This document shows positions 1-12,499 of a stretch of 64,000 nt of DNA, piece after piece. How positions within the stretch are numbered: position 1 is the first letter of the stretch; each line of letters starts with the position of its first letter. A program made the translations under genes and the position numbers. Below the pieces are notes generated by a model that saw only the letters and a program-made list of their open reading frames with translations, searched no databases and was not told the origin of the DNA. Source of the DNA: Felis catus (lineage: Eukaryota); assembly GCF_018350175.1 (NCBI RefSeq), contig NC_058368.1, positions 122,018,001-122,082,000 of the forward strand, written 5' to 3'.

Positions 1-59
1 CATCAGCAACAAAACTACATCTGTTGTATCACGGAACTGTCCCCACCTTCACCCCTCCT

Positions 60-400
60 CTGCTGTAGGCTTAGGAAGCACCTACTCATCCTACAAGACC
101 CACTCAGGTATCACCTTCTCTAGGAAGCCTCTCTTACTTCTACCTTCCATGTCCTGTTAGGTGTTCCTCCCCCCTCCATTGTAGCTCAATATTTTAAGTA
201 TGCATCTTCCTACAACCATTATTAAAATTTCTGCAGTTTGTATTCTTGCTTATCTCTCTTCCTACACTCCAGTATTACTAAGGCTATGCACCCATTTTTT
301 CTCAACAAGGACACATACAAATTCATTATTTTTGTGTTCTCCAAATCTATCCCATAGTCTGGCATGTAATAGATGTTCAATACATGTAGTTTTAATTGAA
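60..400 (+). mobile_element. L2 LINE 3' remnant (ancient)
   Basis: Pyrimidine-rich decayed sequence ending in the L2 tail-like 'catagtctggcatgtaatagatgttcaatacatgtagttttaattgaa'; boundaries approximate. Confidence 0.6.
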
Positions 401-471
401 GAGGATTCCTGCTCTGTTTTGATCATAGATTTATTTACGTGTTTGTTTATTTTTAAAGATTTTATTTTTAA

Positions 472-697
472 GGGGTATCTGGCGGTTCAGTTCGTTAAGG
501 GTCTGACTCTTGACTTCAGCACAGGTCACGATCTCACTGTTTGTGGGTTTGAGCCCTGCGTCGGGCTTTGTAGTGACAGTGTGGAGCCTGCTCGAGATTC
601 TCAATCTCTCCCTCTCTCCCCTCTCTCTGCTCCTCCCCTGCTCGTGTGCCTGCTTGTGTGCACGCTTTCTTTCTCAAAATAAATCAACTTAAAAAAT
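472..697 (+). mobile_element. CanSINE (older subfamily) inserted in the tail of an opposite-strand SINE
   Basis: tRNA-like head 'ggggtatctggcggttcagttcgttaag...tgacttcagcacaggtcacgatctc', CT-rich tract, tail 'aaaataaatcaacttaaaaa'; flanked by 'tttatttttaag' and 'ttattttttaag'. Confidence 0.93.
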
Positions 698-790
698 ATT
701 TTATTTTTTAAGTAATCTCTACACCCAAAGTGGGCCTTGAACTTACAACACCAAGATCAAGAGTTACATGTTCTACCAGCCAGGTACCAC
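698..790 (-). mobile_element. Short tRNA-Lys-derived carnivore SINE lacking the CT tract
   Basis: 'ttttttaagtaatctctacacccaaagtgggccttgaacttacaacaccaagatcaagagttacatgttctacc' matches the reverse complement of the short carnivore tRNA-SINE; part of its tail lies at ~451-471. Confidence 0.8.
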
Positions 791-792
791 TA

Positions 793-1090
793 GATTTTAG
801 TTTTTAGAGCTTTTTAGGTTCAGAGAAAAATTGAGAAAGTACAGAGATGTCCTATTAACCCCCTGCTCCCACACATGCGTATCTTTCCCCATTATCAACA
901 ATCTCCAGCAGAGTGGTGCCTTTGTTACAATTGATGAACCTTCACTGACACATCATTATCACCCAAACTCCATAGTTTACATTAGGTCTCACTCTTGGTG
1001 TCATATATTCTATGAGCCTGGACAAATGTAAAATGACACATATCCACCATTGTATCATACAGACGAGTTTCACAGCCCTAAAAACCCTCT
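793..1090 (-). mobile_element. L1 3' end, L1MC1-like
   Basis: 'gagtggtgcctttgttacaattgatgaaccttcactgacacatcattatcacccaaactccatagtttacattagg' closely resembles the L1MC 3'UTR as remembered. Confidence 0.8.
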
Positions 1091-1577
1091 CCTTTACAGG
1101 ATTCCATTATCAGCCATCAAAGCACACTTTATACAGCATGGCTAGAAAACTCTTAGCTTACAATTTAGTACCAAATTGATTTAAAAAGAAAAAAACAAAA
1201 AACCTTGTAGAACAAGACTTTCTCAACCTGACCTTTTCTAAATTCCCTATAAACTAAACAGACTGGCACACTGAAGAACTTGTGGTTAATAGCGGTCTGC
1301 ATCACACTGAGCCAAAGAGCTTCTACTGTCTGCCTTACAACTGTTTTAGGGTCCTACAAGATTTAATGCTCCACACAGTGCCTGGACCGGAGGTTCTCAC
1401 CCTATTTTGTACAGCAACACATATTACTGAAGGGTCCAAATGGGATACTCTGACTGGCAACCAATTGTGACTTTCTTTTCTCTTGACTTGAGAGAGAGGG
1501 CACAGGGACAGAACTGAGAAGGAATGATGGCATTACAATTTAGATCTACTTTAACTTATATAAGAAAGCAAAGCATT

Positions 1578-1995
1578 GGGGTGCCTGGGTGGCTCAGTTG
1601 GTTAAGCGCCCGACTTTGGCTCAGGACATGATCTCACGGTTCATGAGTTCAAGCTCCATATTGGGCTCTCTGCTGTCAGCTGGGAACCTGCTTCAGATGC
1701 TCTGTCTCCCTCTCTGTGCCTCTCATCTGCTCGTGCACTGTCTCTCAGAAATAAACATTTATTTTATTTTTTTTAATGTTTATTTTTGAGAAAGAGAGAG
1801 AGACAGAGCTCAAGTGGGAGAAGGGCAGAGAGAGAGAGGGAGACACAGAATCTGAAGCAGGCTCCAGGCTCTGAGCTGTCAGCACACAGCTCGATGTGGG
1901 GCTCGAACTCACAAACTGTGAGATCTGAGTCGAAGTCAGACACTCAACCGAATGAGCCACCCAGGCACCCCGAAAAACAAATGAACATTAAAAAA
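1578..1995 (+). mobile_element. CanSINE with 15-bp TSD, tail interrupted by a second SINE
   Basis: Head 'ggggtgcctgggtggctcagttggttaagcg'; TSD aagaaagcaaagcat at 1562-1576 and 1996-2010. Confidence 0.95.
1761..1971 (-). mobile_element. CanSINE nested in antisense within the tail of the 1578 SINE
   Basis: T-rich tail, GA tract, 'gaatctgaagcaggctccaggctctgagctgtcagc', ending 'gagccacccaggcacccc'. Confidence 0.95.
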
Positions 1996-2219
1996 AAGAA
2001 AGCAAAGCATCGGTCAATTCCAATGCTTTAGCTGCTGTTAGTAATTATTGTGTTAAGTGTCACAATTACCGTGAAGTAGCAAGAATGTGTTACGTCACCA
2101 CATTATGCCTGGCTGGCCTGCTACCAGATTCCGAAGACAGTGAGAGCAACTGGTGTTCTTAAATAAGTTTTGGGTAAAAGGAAGTGTTTTTTTTTTGCAG
2201 TTGACAAACCATTTCTACA

Positions 2220-3120
2220 CTATGAAAAAATGAAATAATTGCATACAAAGTATTTGGCACAGCATGCAACAGAGAGCAAACACCCAATGAATTCAGTTAT
2301 CCTGTAATAACAACATTAATAATTACTATTTATTGAGAGCTTATTATGTGCTAGGAACTATGCCAAGTGCTTCCTATATTCCTTTTTAATTCCTGACAAC
2401 CCTATAAGGTATTGTTTTAATCCCTGTTATATACTCATAATAAATGAAATTTTGTAATTTTCACTGGGCTGCAACCCATTGCAGCCTAGCAGGTGAGAAA
2501 CAGGGTTCTAACTGCCTTTGGAGCTGAATAAACTATGCTGCCACTCTTTAAGGAAACAAGAGGCATTGATTAAGTGTCCTTGCCCCATAGTGAGTTCAGC
2601 AGGTGCCAAAGGGAAGGAATGAATTCTCGGCCCTCTAGCAAATTATAGTCTAGTTGGAAAGGGCAGACAAGATACCCAAGTGGAAGCTGAGAAGTGGTAA
2701 GACAGCACATGGTGAACTGTCAATTAAGTATTTAATCTAAATGTGCTCTGGGCTTAAGGAAGGGAGAGACTAACGGGCTGGACAGGTCGGGAAAGACCTC
2801 AGAACTTGAGCTGGACTTGAAACTGTCTGGTCTGCATACTCTGCTGTGATACTCTGTTTTCTAAATTTCTCCCCCTTGCTCTTAATGGACGTACAGAAAG
2901 AATGTAATCTGCCATGGACACTGATGGAAATATTCAGAGGGTACTAACTGGGAGGGTGGACTGTGCAGTCAGATCATCTGGGTTCAAAGTCTGGCCATGC
3001 CCAATCTCTCTTTGAACCTGTTTTCTCGTCTGTCAAAAGGGAAATAGCATTACAGTAATGAGAAAATGTACATCAAGCTCCTAGCATAAAGCTTGGCATG
3101 TAGTGAATGTTCAAAGCATG
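2220..3120. mobile_element. Cluster of MIR/L2 fragments
   Basis: MIR-like motifs 'tttattgagagcttattatgtgctagg', 'cagatcatctgggttcaaagtctggcc' and 'ctgttttctcgtctgtcaaaaggg'; approximate boundaries. Confidence 0.55.
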
Positions 3121-4374
3121 ATACTTAATGTTAGTAGTAGCTCCTTGGCTTGGTGAGGGAGAAAGAGCGTGGCAATCGCTGATCTCAGATATAGGTCAGA
3201 CTGCAAACTACTCAGCTCTCTGCAAAGAACTAGTGCTGGACAGGGAGGGGGCAGAGGAGCTGACAAGCACTGTAATTTCAATGTATCTTGGGACCTAAAC
3301 TTTCCAACCTGAAGACATCTTTGATGGTTCTTCTTAAACAGCTCTGAATCCAAGGCCACTTAAACCTAATGGAATGGTATGATTTCATACAACATGCTCT
3401 AGGAATTAGCATTCCTTGAATGGATAACGTATTAAAGAAAAAAAGTTGATGATGTTGGCTAAAACAGAAGGAAACTATACTTCAGGCTATTGAATAATCT
3501 TTCATATGAGATATTAAGAAGACATAGTGAGACTCAACAATGTGGGATGAATGGTTTGACTATTCCTGAGTTCACTCAAACATTTCCCAGATGCTTCACT
3601 TTCTCCAGCTACTACATGTGGGTAATACTAGAACTAGCAGCTCTATATAAAGAGTTGTAAGGATTAAATAAAGTAATGAATACAAAGTATTTAGCACAGA
3701 ACTCACCATTCCAGGTGCTAGGCTAAAATTTTGGGGTACGAAGATGAATAAAATCTCCTAACAGTTTTTAGGAGTTTTCTCTTCGTCTGCAAATCCTTCT
3801 GGGACAGAGTCAATAAATACAGTAGATTGTATTCATATCTACCTATTGAACAGTTAAGCAGAGAGTTTGAAGCACAGTATGTACTTAACAGTTGTGACAG
3901 ATCTGGTGTGTCCCAGGTTGTCAGGCAATAAGTAACATGTGTGGAATACACCAACATCTGACTGTGGTCACTTAGAGTTCTCTAGTTGAACCTCTGTCAT
4001 TTGGCTAATGTTCCCCCACACATCAGTGCAGTGACCTGTGACCCTCCTGGCCCCAGGTGCAGCTCTGTGAGCCTGTTTTGTTAGATTTCTGCCCAGAGCA
4101 CTTGGCCGTAACAAAGTGGAGAGGGGAGAAATCAATACAACCTGAACTGAACACTCACTTAAAACATCAGGCTTCAAGTCTGGATTCACGCCCTTGTCAC
4201 TAACATCCAAAGTGTTTCTGCTCCATGATCTGCTCTGAGACTACTAAGCAAACACAGAGGAGGAAAAAGAAATGGCTCCAGGGCAGAGTCAGGGAAATAC
4301 ACTATACTACAAAAGGCAACACACACAGGGATAGATTCCCAATGTGGTGGAGTAGGAAGAACACAGCCTGTGGA

Positions 4375-4588
4375 TTTAAAAAAAATTTTTTTATGTTTAT
4401 TTATTTTTGAGACAGATGAAGTGCAAGTGGGGGAGGGGCAAAGAGAAAGGGAAGTATGGAATCTGAAGCAGGCTCCAGCCTCTGAGCTGTCAGCACAGAG
4501 CCTGATGCGGGGCTCGAACTTACAAATTGTGAGATCATGACCTGAGCCGAAGTCGGAAACTTCACAGACTGAGCCACCCAGATGCCCT
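4375..4588 (-). mobile_element. CanSINE inserted into a MIR
   Basis: Full antisense CanSINE; TSD gaacacagcctgt at 4359-4371 and 4589-4601; flanks are MIR-like ('ctctctgagcctcaggtttcttattt'). Confidence 0.95.
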
Positions 4589-4879
4589 GAACACAGCCTG
4601 TTTAAGTGTGAGCTGGGGACCCACAGGAATGTTTCTCAACCTCTCTGAGCCTCAGGTTTCTTATTTGGAAAGAGTGATGACTGTTTTGTCAATTCAGAGA
4701 GCATTAATGCATGTAAGGCACCCAACATACAGCCTGGCTCCTGGCTGATGTCAATAAATGGTAGCTTATGAGAACAGCGTTTCTGCTGCTCATAAGGAAG
4801 TAATTAAGGCCAAATGCAGTGAAAATCATTCACTAACTACACAGATCACTGTTATACCAAGGTAGGCTTTCACAGTTCT

Positions 4880-5340
4880 ATGTAAAGAATACCTACTAAA
4901 CCTTGATCATGCGCTACACATTCTGTTAAGGGCTGGGGACCCAAAGGTGACTAAGACAAGGGACCTTCCCTACAAGAACATAAATCATCTTAATATAATT
5001 GCGAAGAGAGACGTCACAGGAAGGAGAATGCACAGAGAGAGGCAACCAGCTAAATGTGGAGAAGGAGGAAGTTGATGTGAGCAGAAGGGATAAGCACAAA
5101 GTCAGCCTTGCAAGGAAAGGAAGAGAGAATATTCCAGGTTAACAGAAGAGAAAGACAGATGGAAATAATATGGGGTGTGTGGGGTACAGGGACCTGAGGC
5201 TGCTGCCAGGTGACAAAAGCCTTGTGGGCCCATTTTTGAGGGAATGTACCTGGGAAAGATGTCAACAGTCACAAGTTTTTAAGTAGGGACGGATTTGCGT
5301 TAGACACATCACTTTGGCTTTAGAGCAGAATGGGAAAAGC
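4880..5340 (-). mobile_element. L2 fragment
   Basis: Purine-rich decayed L2-like sequence ('ggctggggacccaaaggtgactaagac', 'ttttaagtagggac', 'catcactttggct'). Confidence 0.55.
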
Positions 5341-8093
5341 TACTATAACATGAGTATTTAGGGTGTGATTTCTTCATTCGTTTCCAACCCAGGCAAACAT
5401 CTAAGTCTGTAGCTTCTTCTGGGTGGTCCACCAAATTGGTAATTACACAAGCAAGGATGATTTCTGGGCACCTCCTCAGTCCCTAACAGATAAACTGTTT
5501 CAAGCAGGTCTCTCTTGGTGTTCACTCTCTCTGTTCCCCTAGAGCCTCAATTCCTTCATCACACATTTGTCCCCTTCTGCTGTGTCTGCAGGACTGAGTT
5601 CATTAGCCTCCATTATGCATCTCCGCTCAGTCGTAAGTAAGCTCAAAGTGGAGGTCACAGGTTCCAGCCTTGCTGGTGTCTGCTAAGGTGAAGATAACTA
5701 AAGTCCTTCTAATCTCAGGAGGTGACCGACCATGCCAGCCAGGAGATGTCTGTCTGTGTGCATCTTCTCCATTCTTCTAAGGAAATGGACAAACAAACCA
5801 CCCAACTGAACAAACGCATATATATGTGCGTACTCTGCTATCTAACCCAGCCTAGTAGATGTTCATAGTTATTAATAAAATATTAAGCTACTTTATTTAA
5901 TCATGTATTTTACTACAACACACTTAAGAAATTCATTCTTTTCAGATAAGAGGTATTGGGGGAAATGATTAAAATCTTGCTAGAAAACACACACATGTAA
6001 ACAGTCTTCAGAAGGAGTAAGTAGACTTCATCCAAAGTGTGTCATATACCATACACTATTTTACAAGAAATCTACATCCTTTATTAAGTTCTAAACAGAT
6101 GATGATGGCTTTTTATATGTTGTAGAAGATTTATTATTAATTTTAAAAAGTCAGGCACAGTTGTAAATAATAATCATCACTTACCCTCAACGTCCACATT
6201 TGTAAATTAAAAATCTGAAAGCTTTCATATTCCTTAGCTAGAAGGAGCACAAGAAACCCATTACTGGGCATTGTGTGTGTTCCTACCTAGTACTAGGATA
6301 GCTTTTGGAATTACTACCATTTTGGTAGGAAAAGCTTCATAAAGAGGCTTCATAAGCATAAGAGAAATAAGGGAAATTTATTCTCTTTTCTTTATTCCTC
6401 TGGGCCTTAAGGTGAGGTCTACATCAAACAGCAGTACTGAGAGCATGGAGAGAACAACGGAAGTTTCACAGTAGGAGAAGTGACCAGAATCCCTTAATGT
6501 TGGCCTCTGACTTCTTATTGATAACATGGGCACCACTCATGTCAGAAGGTAGTTATGTTGTTACATTGTGCCCAGCTTGACAGAATCAAGGCTTTAAATT
6601 CTTTCTTCACATCTAGTATGCTGGCTGATATGTTTCATCCAGATTCTTCCTGCACTGCATACATTATTTTTAGAACTTGGTTTCCTCATCAGATTTATAG
6701 AGAAGATAGTTAATTCAGATTTTGTACCACAGGAAGTGCTTGGAATATACTTGATAAAAGAAACTCATTATTCCTCCCTAAAAGCCATCAGCAAGACTTT
6801 TAGTAAGTCACAGTGACATACAGAATGGTTTCAGTTGGAACACCATTTCTCATGTCCTCACTTACAAATCCAATAGTCACCTTGGGAAAGTGTTTAGACA
6901 AGCTCTTCTGGACGGATCTTTTTAGATTTCCCATTTGCCATAATTTAGTGATTAAAATCATTAATTTGAGATTGTGGTACCCAAACAGGTTCTCTTTAAA
7001 GAAAATGAGTATTATTAAGTCACTAGTAATGAAAAGAGGAAACATAAGGGAACCAGTGAGGTTTCCTGAAAGGCCATCATCACACTTCTGTAACATGTGC
7101 CCCACTTAAATGCATCAGGACCTCTTTGATAGCTATCAGCTCATGAAAAGTTGTTCTATCACACAGTAGCCTCTGATGTATTTTTCTCATGATAAAGAAA
7201 CCATCAAATCTCATCCCAAAATAGAAAATTCATTATAATCTTTTTAGGTTTAAATAACATGCCTGGGGAAAAAAAATAGGAGAAAATTTCTTTAAGTTAA
7301 TGTGTGCTTAGAGGGACAACAGTTTTTCAGAACTATCACTCCTGGCAAAATTTCACCCCAAGTAGGAAGAGTTGTGAGTAAATCCTTCAACAAGCAGCAG
7401 ACAGGGAGGAAGAAGGCTGTCTGGGGCTTTCTGCAGCTGAGAAGAGCCAAGTTAACACCTGACCACGAGTGGAAAACATGTAATTCCTTCCAATAACAAG
7501 AGGAACTATTGATATGGCTCATGCGTTAACTTCTTTACCTGAATGATTTCATTAATCCTCTTAAGTACTTCTTAAGGTGAATTTTATGATTTCCAGTCTT
7601 GAATGAGAAAACTGAGGCGCAGAGAGGTAAATCCTCAAAGTCACAGACACAGGAAGTTGTGGGGTACCTGCCACCCAGGGGTAGAGCCCAGGGGAGAGCC
7701 TCCACACCCCTCCTCGGCCGCCCCCCAGGTCCCAGGGCACCCACAAGGAGCTTAGCAGAAGCATAACTGCACAGAATGCCTTAGGTGGCCTTCCTGAGTT
7801 TCTCTTTGCAGATGCTGGGACTCCATGTTTAGGTTGAGGAACCAACCACCAAACAGGCATATTTGAGAGAGGAGGGAATTGTCTCATATCCTCAAAATTG
7901 GAAGCCTCATGCACACTGCTCATCTCACCTGTTCTAGGAATCTTCAAGCATCTAACGTAAAAGCACATTTCACTTAATTCCTATTTCGCCCGGGGCAAGC
8001 AGTCCAAGCCAGAGAAGCTCCAAACATCATGCTCTGTGGGCACCATTTCTAGCTTTACCTGGGAAACGGGACTGCACTGCTCTGCAGCTCATT

Positions 8094-8267
8094 TTTTTAA
8101 AGCTTATTTATTTTGAGAGAGAGAGAGCGTGAGCTGGGGAAGGCCAGAGAAGAGAGGGAGAGAGAATCCCAATCTGAAGTGGGACTCAAACTCAACAACG
8201 ATGAGATCATGACCTGAGCTGAAACTAAGAGTCAGACGCATAATGGACTGAGCCACCCAGGGGCCCC
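8094..8267 (-). mobile_element. CanSINE
   Basis: Antisense CanSINE; TSD ctgcagctcatt at 8082-8093 and 8267-8278. Confidence 0.93.
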
Positions 8268-8559
8268 TGCAGCTCATTCTTATGTGGGACAGAGTGAGCT
8301 TGAACTGAGGAGCAGAGGGCCAGAACCTTTGAGATGGTGAATGCTTCAACTAGTCCTCCTAGTGAAGAACTTTATTACTAGGCGCTCTAGGGAAAATGCC
8401 TTATTAGGGATTCACAGTGAACATTTCCATTTTAAAAATGTTTTTAAAAAGCTCTGAAAAGCTCTGCAGTTAAAAACTGGTTCTAATTTCGTGGTAGCAA
8501 ATGATTCCCTAGCATTTGGAGGGGTGAAACAGACCTTTAGTCTATCACTTTGTCTCCAT

Positions 8560-9460
8560 CTTTGTTGTCACTCCCTAGGGTTGTGCCAACCTCATCTGTC
8601 ACCCAAGTTCATGGTCATGGCCTCCAAACCTGGTCTCTTCAACATCACTCCTGCTACCCTTCCATCCTTTCTCCTTTCTGCAGAGTGATCTCCTTACAAT
8701 GCTAACTGCATCTCATTCCTTCTTGGTCCTGCTATCCTTGCTGACTTTCCACTGAGTTCAGGTCAAATGCAAACCCCTGGCCATGGCCTATAACGTCCCA
8801 CAGCACTGATACTCAGCCCAGCCCTGCAACTTTGACCTTTACCATTCCCGCCCTCTGTAACTTACTGCCTCACTGGCATCCTCCCAGCTACTAACTGAGG
8901 CATACCTTTCCTGTTTCTGGACATCTGCTCTTGTTTCAGTCTGAAATATGCAACTTTATGGCTTCTTGTCCTTTGGGGGTAGTTCAGCCATCCTCTCTTT
9001 GGACAAAGCTTTTGTAACCATCAAAGAAGCAACCCTCTCCCTCACCCCTCTCAATGTGTTATTGCCATTCTCAGTGGATTGCAAAGTGTAGTCCCCAGAC
9101 CAACAGTGGCATCAACAGCAGCTGGGAACTTGTCAGAAGTGCAAGTTCTAGGACCCTGCCCCAGAGCAGCAGAATCAGAAGCTCCGGGGGCTGGGAGAAG
9201 ACAGGGAGAGCAGCCATTTGTGTGTTAACAAGCCTTTGAGGGGATTCCAAAGGACACTAAAGTTTGCACCATTCTGTGACAGCATCCTGTTTGTTTCCTG
9301 CATGTTTATCACAAACTGTAATTATTCTTTATTTGCCTTGTTTTGTCCAAGTCTCTTGCTAGACTCAAGCACAGTAAGGCTAGGACTTTGGCCAGCAATT
9401 CTTGTTAGCCCACGACCATAGCTGATGTTAATTAATACTTCCTGAATGAATGAATGCATG
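8560..9460 (+). mobile_element. L2 fragment interrupted by MER5A
   Basis: 'gcagagtgatctcc...aaacccctggccatggcctataa' L2-like body, ending in the L2 tail 'aatacttcctgaatgaatgaatg' at ~9435-9457. Confidence 0.6.
9072..9275. mobile_element. MER5A-type hAT-Charlie DNA transposon remnant
   Basis: 'cagtggattgcaaagtgtagtccccagacc...gggaacttgtcagaagtgcaag...cagaatcagaagctc...ttaacaagcc...ctaaagtttg' resembles MER5A. Confidence 0.8.
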
Positions 9461-9555
9461 GCATCCACCTTGGGAAATGCTGCTTTAAAAAGGATCTGTA
9501 TTAGCTTACGACTAAGCTTCAAGTGTCATGAGCCATATGCCACGCATCATACTCT

Positions 9556-9581
9556 TCATTCATTCATTCATTCATTCATTC
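9556..9581. repeat. (CATT)n microsatellite from an antisense L2 tail
   Basis: cattcattcattcattcattcattc followed by L2-like 'attcagtatttattgacatctgttataggccagg'. Confidence 0.85.
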
Positions 9582-10018
9582 ATACATTTATTCAGTATTT
9601 ATTGACATCTGTTATAGGCCAGGTACTGTTTCAGACAATAGAAATACAAACAAGGGTAAGTCCTTATTCTGAAAAAAAAAAAAAAGAGGCAAGGGGGATT
9701 TTTAAAAACCAGGTAAACACACAATTATTTCAATCAGTTAAGTGTTATAATTAAGTCTAGCAAAAACCATCAAAAGCATGAGATATATGCATGTATGCCT
9801 TTGACCTACTTATTCTGATTCTAAAAATTAATTCTAAGAAAATAATCATGAATATTCACATAGACTTGCCAAATGAATAGTTATCACAGCATTATTTACA
9901 GTAGCCAAAATAAAGACCAGAAACAACCTATATACAAAAGCATAGAGAGTAATTCAAAAACTATCCTAGACACAAGACAGATTATTCTGTTTTAGAATAG
10001 TTCTTTTTTTAAAGGAGA

Positions 10019-10241
10019 TTTTTTTAAATGTCTACTTATTTTTATTTTTGAGAGAGAGAGAGAGAGGGAGTGAGCATGAATAGGCGAGGGGCAGAGAGAA
10101 AGGGAGACAGCAAATCCGAAGTAAATTCTGTGCTACCAGCGTGGAGCCTGATTTGGGACTCCAATCCATGAACTGCAAAGTCATGACCTTAGCTGAAACC
10201 AAGAGTCGGACACTTAACTGACTGAGCCACTCAGGCACCCC
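10019..10241 (-). mobile_element. CanSINE (older)
   Basis: Antisense CanSINE ending 'gactgagccactcaggcacccc'. Confidence 0.93.
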
Positions 10242-10269
10242 TACAAGAATTTTTTTTAATGTTTATTTT

Positions 10270-10483
10270 ATTTTTTTTTTCAATGTTTATTTATTTTTGG
10301 GACAGAGAGAGACAGAGCATGAACGGGGGAGGGGCAGAGAGAGAGGGAGACACAGAATCGGAAACAGGCTCCAGGCTCTGAGCCATCAGCCCAGAGCCCG
10401 ACGCGGGGCTCGAACTCACGGACCGCGAGATCGTGACCTGGCTGAAGTCGGACGCTTAACCGACTGCGCCACCCAGGCGCCCC
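10270..10483 (-). mobile_element. Young felid SINEC_Fc, nearly undiverged
   Basis: Sense strand begins ggggcgcctgggtggcgcagtcggttaagcgtccgacttcagccaggtcacgatctcgcggtccgtgagttcgagccccgcg with CpGs intact; TSD taatgtttatttt at 10257-10269 and 10484-10496. Confidence 0.97.
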
Positions 10484-10689
10484 TAATGTTTATTTTTTAA
10501 AGAGAGACACAGTGTGAGTCGGAGTGGGAGGGTTGCAGAGAGAGAGGGAGACACAGAATCTGAAGCAAGCAAGCTCCAGGCTCTGAGCTGTCAGCACAGA
10601 GCCTGATGCATGGCTCAAACTCATGAACCACGAGATCATGATCTGAGCTGAAGTTGGACACTCAACCAACGGACACACCCAGGTGCCCC
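10484..10689 (-). mobile_element. CanSINE whose tail received the young SINEC_Fc
   Basis: Antisense CanSINE ending 'cacccaggtgcccc'; the rest of its tail is at ~10248-10269. Confidence 0.93.
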
Positions 10690-12000
10690 TGAATTCTTAA
10701 TGATACGTGAAATTTTTAATAATATAATATTAAATTAAAAGCCATATAAAATAGTTTTTATAGCATATAATGCTATGTGTGTGTATGTGTGTGTGTGTTT
10801 ATTTTGTATAGAAACATACATAAGTGAACACAGAAATATACTTAAATCTATTGGAAAGGTGCATACCAAGATAGTTTCAGAACTTAATAGATGGTGGGAT
10901 AACAGGTGGTAATTTAATTTTTCTCCTTTTGCGTTTCTCTGTATTTCCCAATTCCCTACAAGGCTGCACTACAGTTAGAGAAGAATGTCAAGGGCGTTGG
11001 GTCAGAGAAGAAGGAGCACATACACTTGCTATGTGGTATGGAGGGTACCAACACAGTGGACGTGTCATTTGAGCTGGGACGTGAGAATGTATGGGAGTTG
11101 GTATCAGGAAGAGGTGTCAGCACCAGCAGGAGTCAGGAAAGTGCAGTGTATCTGGGGGACAAGAAGTAGCCCTGTGAGGATAAAGCAGTTGTAGAGGAGA
11201 TTTGCAGCTCTCCACCAAATTTAGCCTCGAGAGAGCAATCTGTTTGTTTACTTTCACAGAAGAAACCAAGCCCCATATGGACAGTGGCATTCTTTATTAA
11301 TCAAAATCAGAGTTTACTTATGCATGATAGGCCATCCATGCTCCACAGGGCTCCCTTCTCAGCATTTTGAAAAGCCACAGACTGCGTTCTTCTTGTGTAA
11401 AGGATAATACAAATAAATAGAAACCATACCAAGGTTTCACTCTGGCTGGATTATTATGTGATAACATCAGCTGGAAGAGGAAGAAGGAGGACATTCAAAG
11501 ATAACCTTGCATCTTAGACTTAAAGCTCCCACTGCCAGAATTCTAGAGGCCAGTCTAATCTCATGGTCTGGCCATCATCAATGGTCAGGATTACTGAATG
11601 AGCAGTGAAATACCTCTGTGATGCTCATTCATCGCTCAGCACCAGTACATAAATTTCAAAGGCCATGATAAGTGGCTTGACAACCTGGAGACAGGTGATA
11701 AGGTCTCAGCTTCTGATCACTAAACACAATAAATCCCTTGCAAACCCAGTGCTACTAATTTTTTCTAAGACCTGTCTTGTGCTGTCAATCATTTTCATAT
11801 CAATTACATGAGAACCTGCTGACCTGAAGCATGCTCAGATTTGGTTAAAATTCAGTTAAATATAAATTTTGGGAAAGATCCATGTGGTTTAAAAACAGAG
11901 AATTGCCCTGGAAATGATTTATATCTGAGGTTTCAAACTCAAATGTCAAGAAGAGAAGAATGGCAGATGATGAGTTGTCTACCAAAATCAGTTTTTCCAT

Positions 12001-12190
12001 TCTTTGTTTGTTTGTTTGTTTGCTTGGAGAGAGACAGCATGAGCAAGCGGGGGAGGGGCCGAGAGAGAAGGAGAGACAGAATCTTAAGCAGGGTCCATGC
12101 CTCAGCATGGAGCTCCATCTCATGACTGTCAGATCATTACCTAAGTCTAAATCAGGAGTCAGACAGTTAACTGAGCCACCCAGATGTCCC
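12001..12190 (-). mobile_element. CanSINE (older) with (TTTG)n tail
   Basis: 'tttgtttgtttgtttg...gagagagacagcatgagcaagcgggggagggg...actgagccacccagatgtccc'. Confidence 0.88.
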
Positions 12191-12249
12191 AAAAGGAATC
12201 AAGTTTTAGCGTGCACATGATTAGGCAGAAACATACTTCAGCTTCCCTT

Positions 12250-12480
12250 GCTGTGGCAGACATGGTAGAAACCCACCAAACCATTTTGCCATTTTTCTTG
12301 GATACACAGCTTGTCAATATATCCCAATCTTCTATGCAATTAAGAGAGGCCATGTGACCACGTTCTGGCCACTGGAATGGAGGTGGAGGAGGTATAATCC
12401 ATATTCAGACCCATAAGAACTCCTAAGCTAAATTCTGTTCCCTCTGTTCCCACTTGCCAGAAAAAGGAGAAATCCAAAGA
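12250..12480. mobile_element. ERVL/MaLR LTR fragment (LTR16-like)
   Basis: 'tgcaattaagagaggccatgtgaccacgttctggccactggaatgg...cccataagaactcc' resembles the LTR16/MLT1 core; subfamily uncertain. Confidence 0.6.
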
Positions 12481-12499
12481 CTTACCTACATGAACTCAG

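Larger units (their letters stand above)
9770..10960 (+). mobile_element. Decayed L1ME-type 3' fragment split by three SINEs
   Basis: 'cctttgacctacttattctgattcta', 'atcacagcattatttacagtagccaaaa' and 'gatggtgggataacaggtggtaatttaattt' are old-L1 3' motifs flanking the SINE stack. Confidence 0.55.

Noticed and set aside
200..682. Longest ORF in the track (160 aa)
   Set aside because: It runs through an L2 remnant into a CanSINE ('DFSTGHDLTVCGFEPCVGL' is translated SINE); not a gene.
6800..7109. Overlapping ~100-aa ORFs on opposite strands
   Set aside because: No recognisable homology or splice signals, and the + ORF starts at GTG; ORFs of this length are expected by chance in 64 kb.
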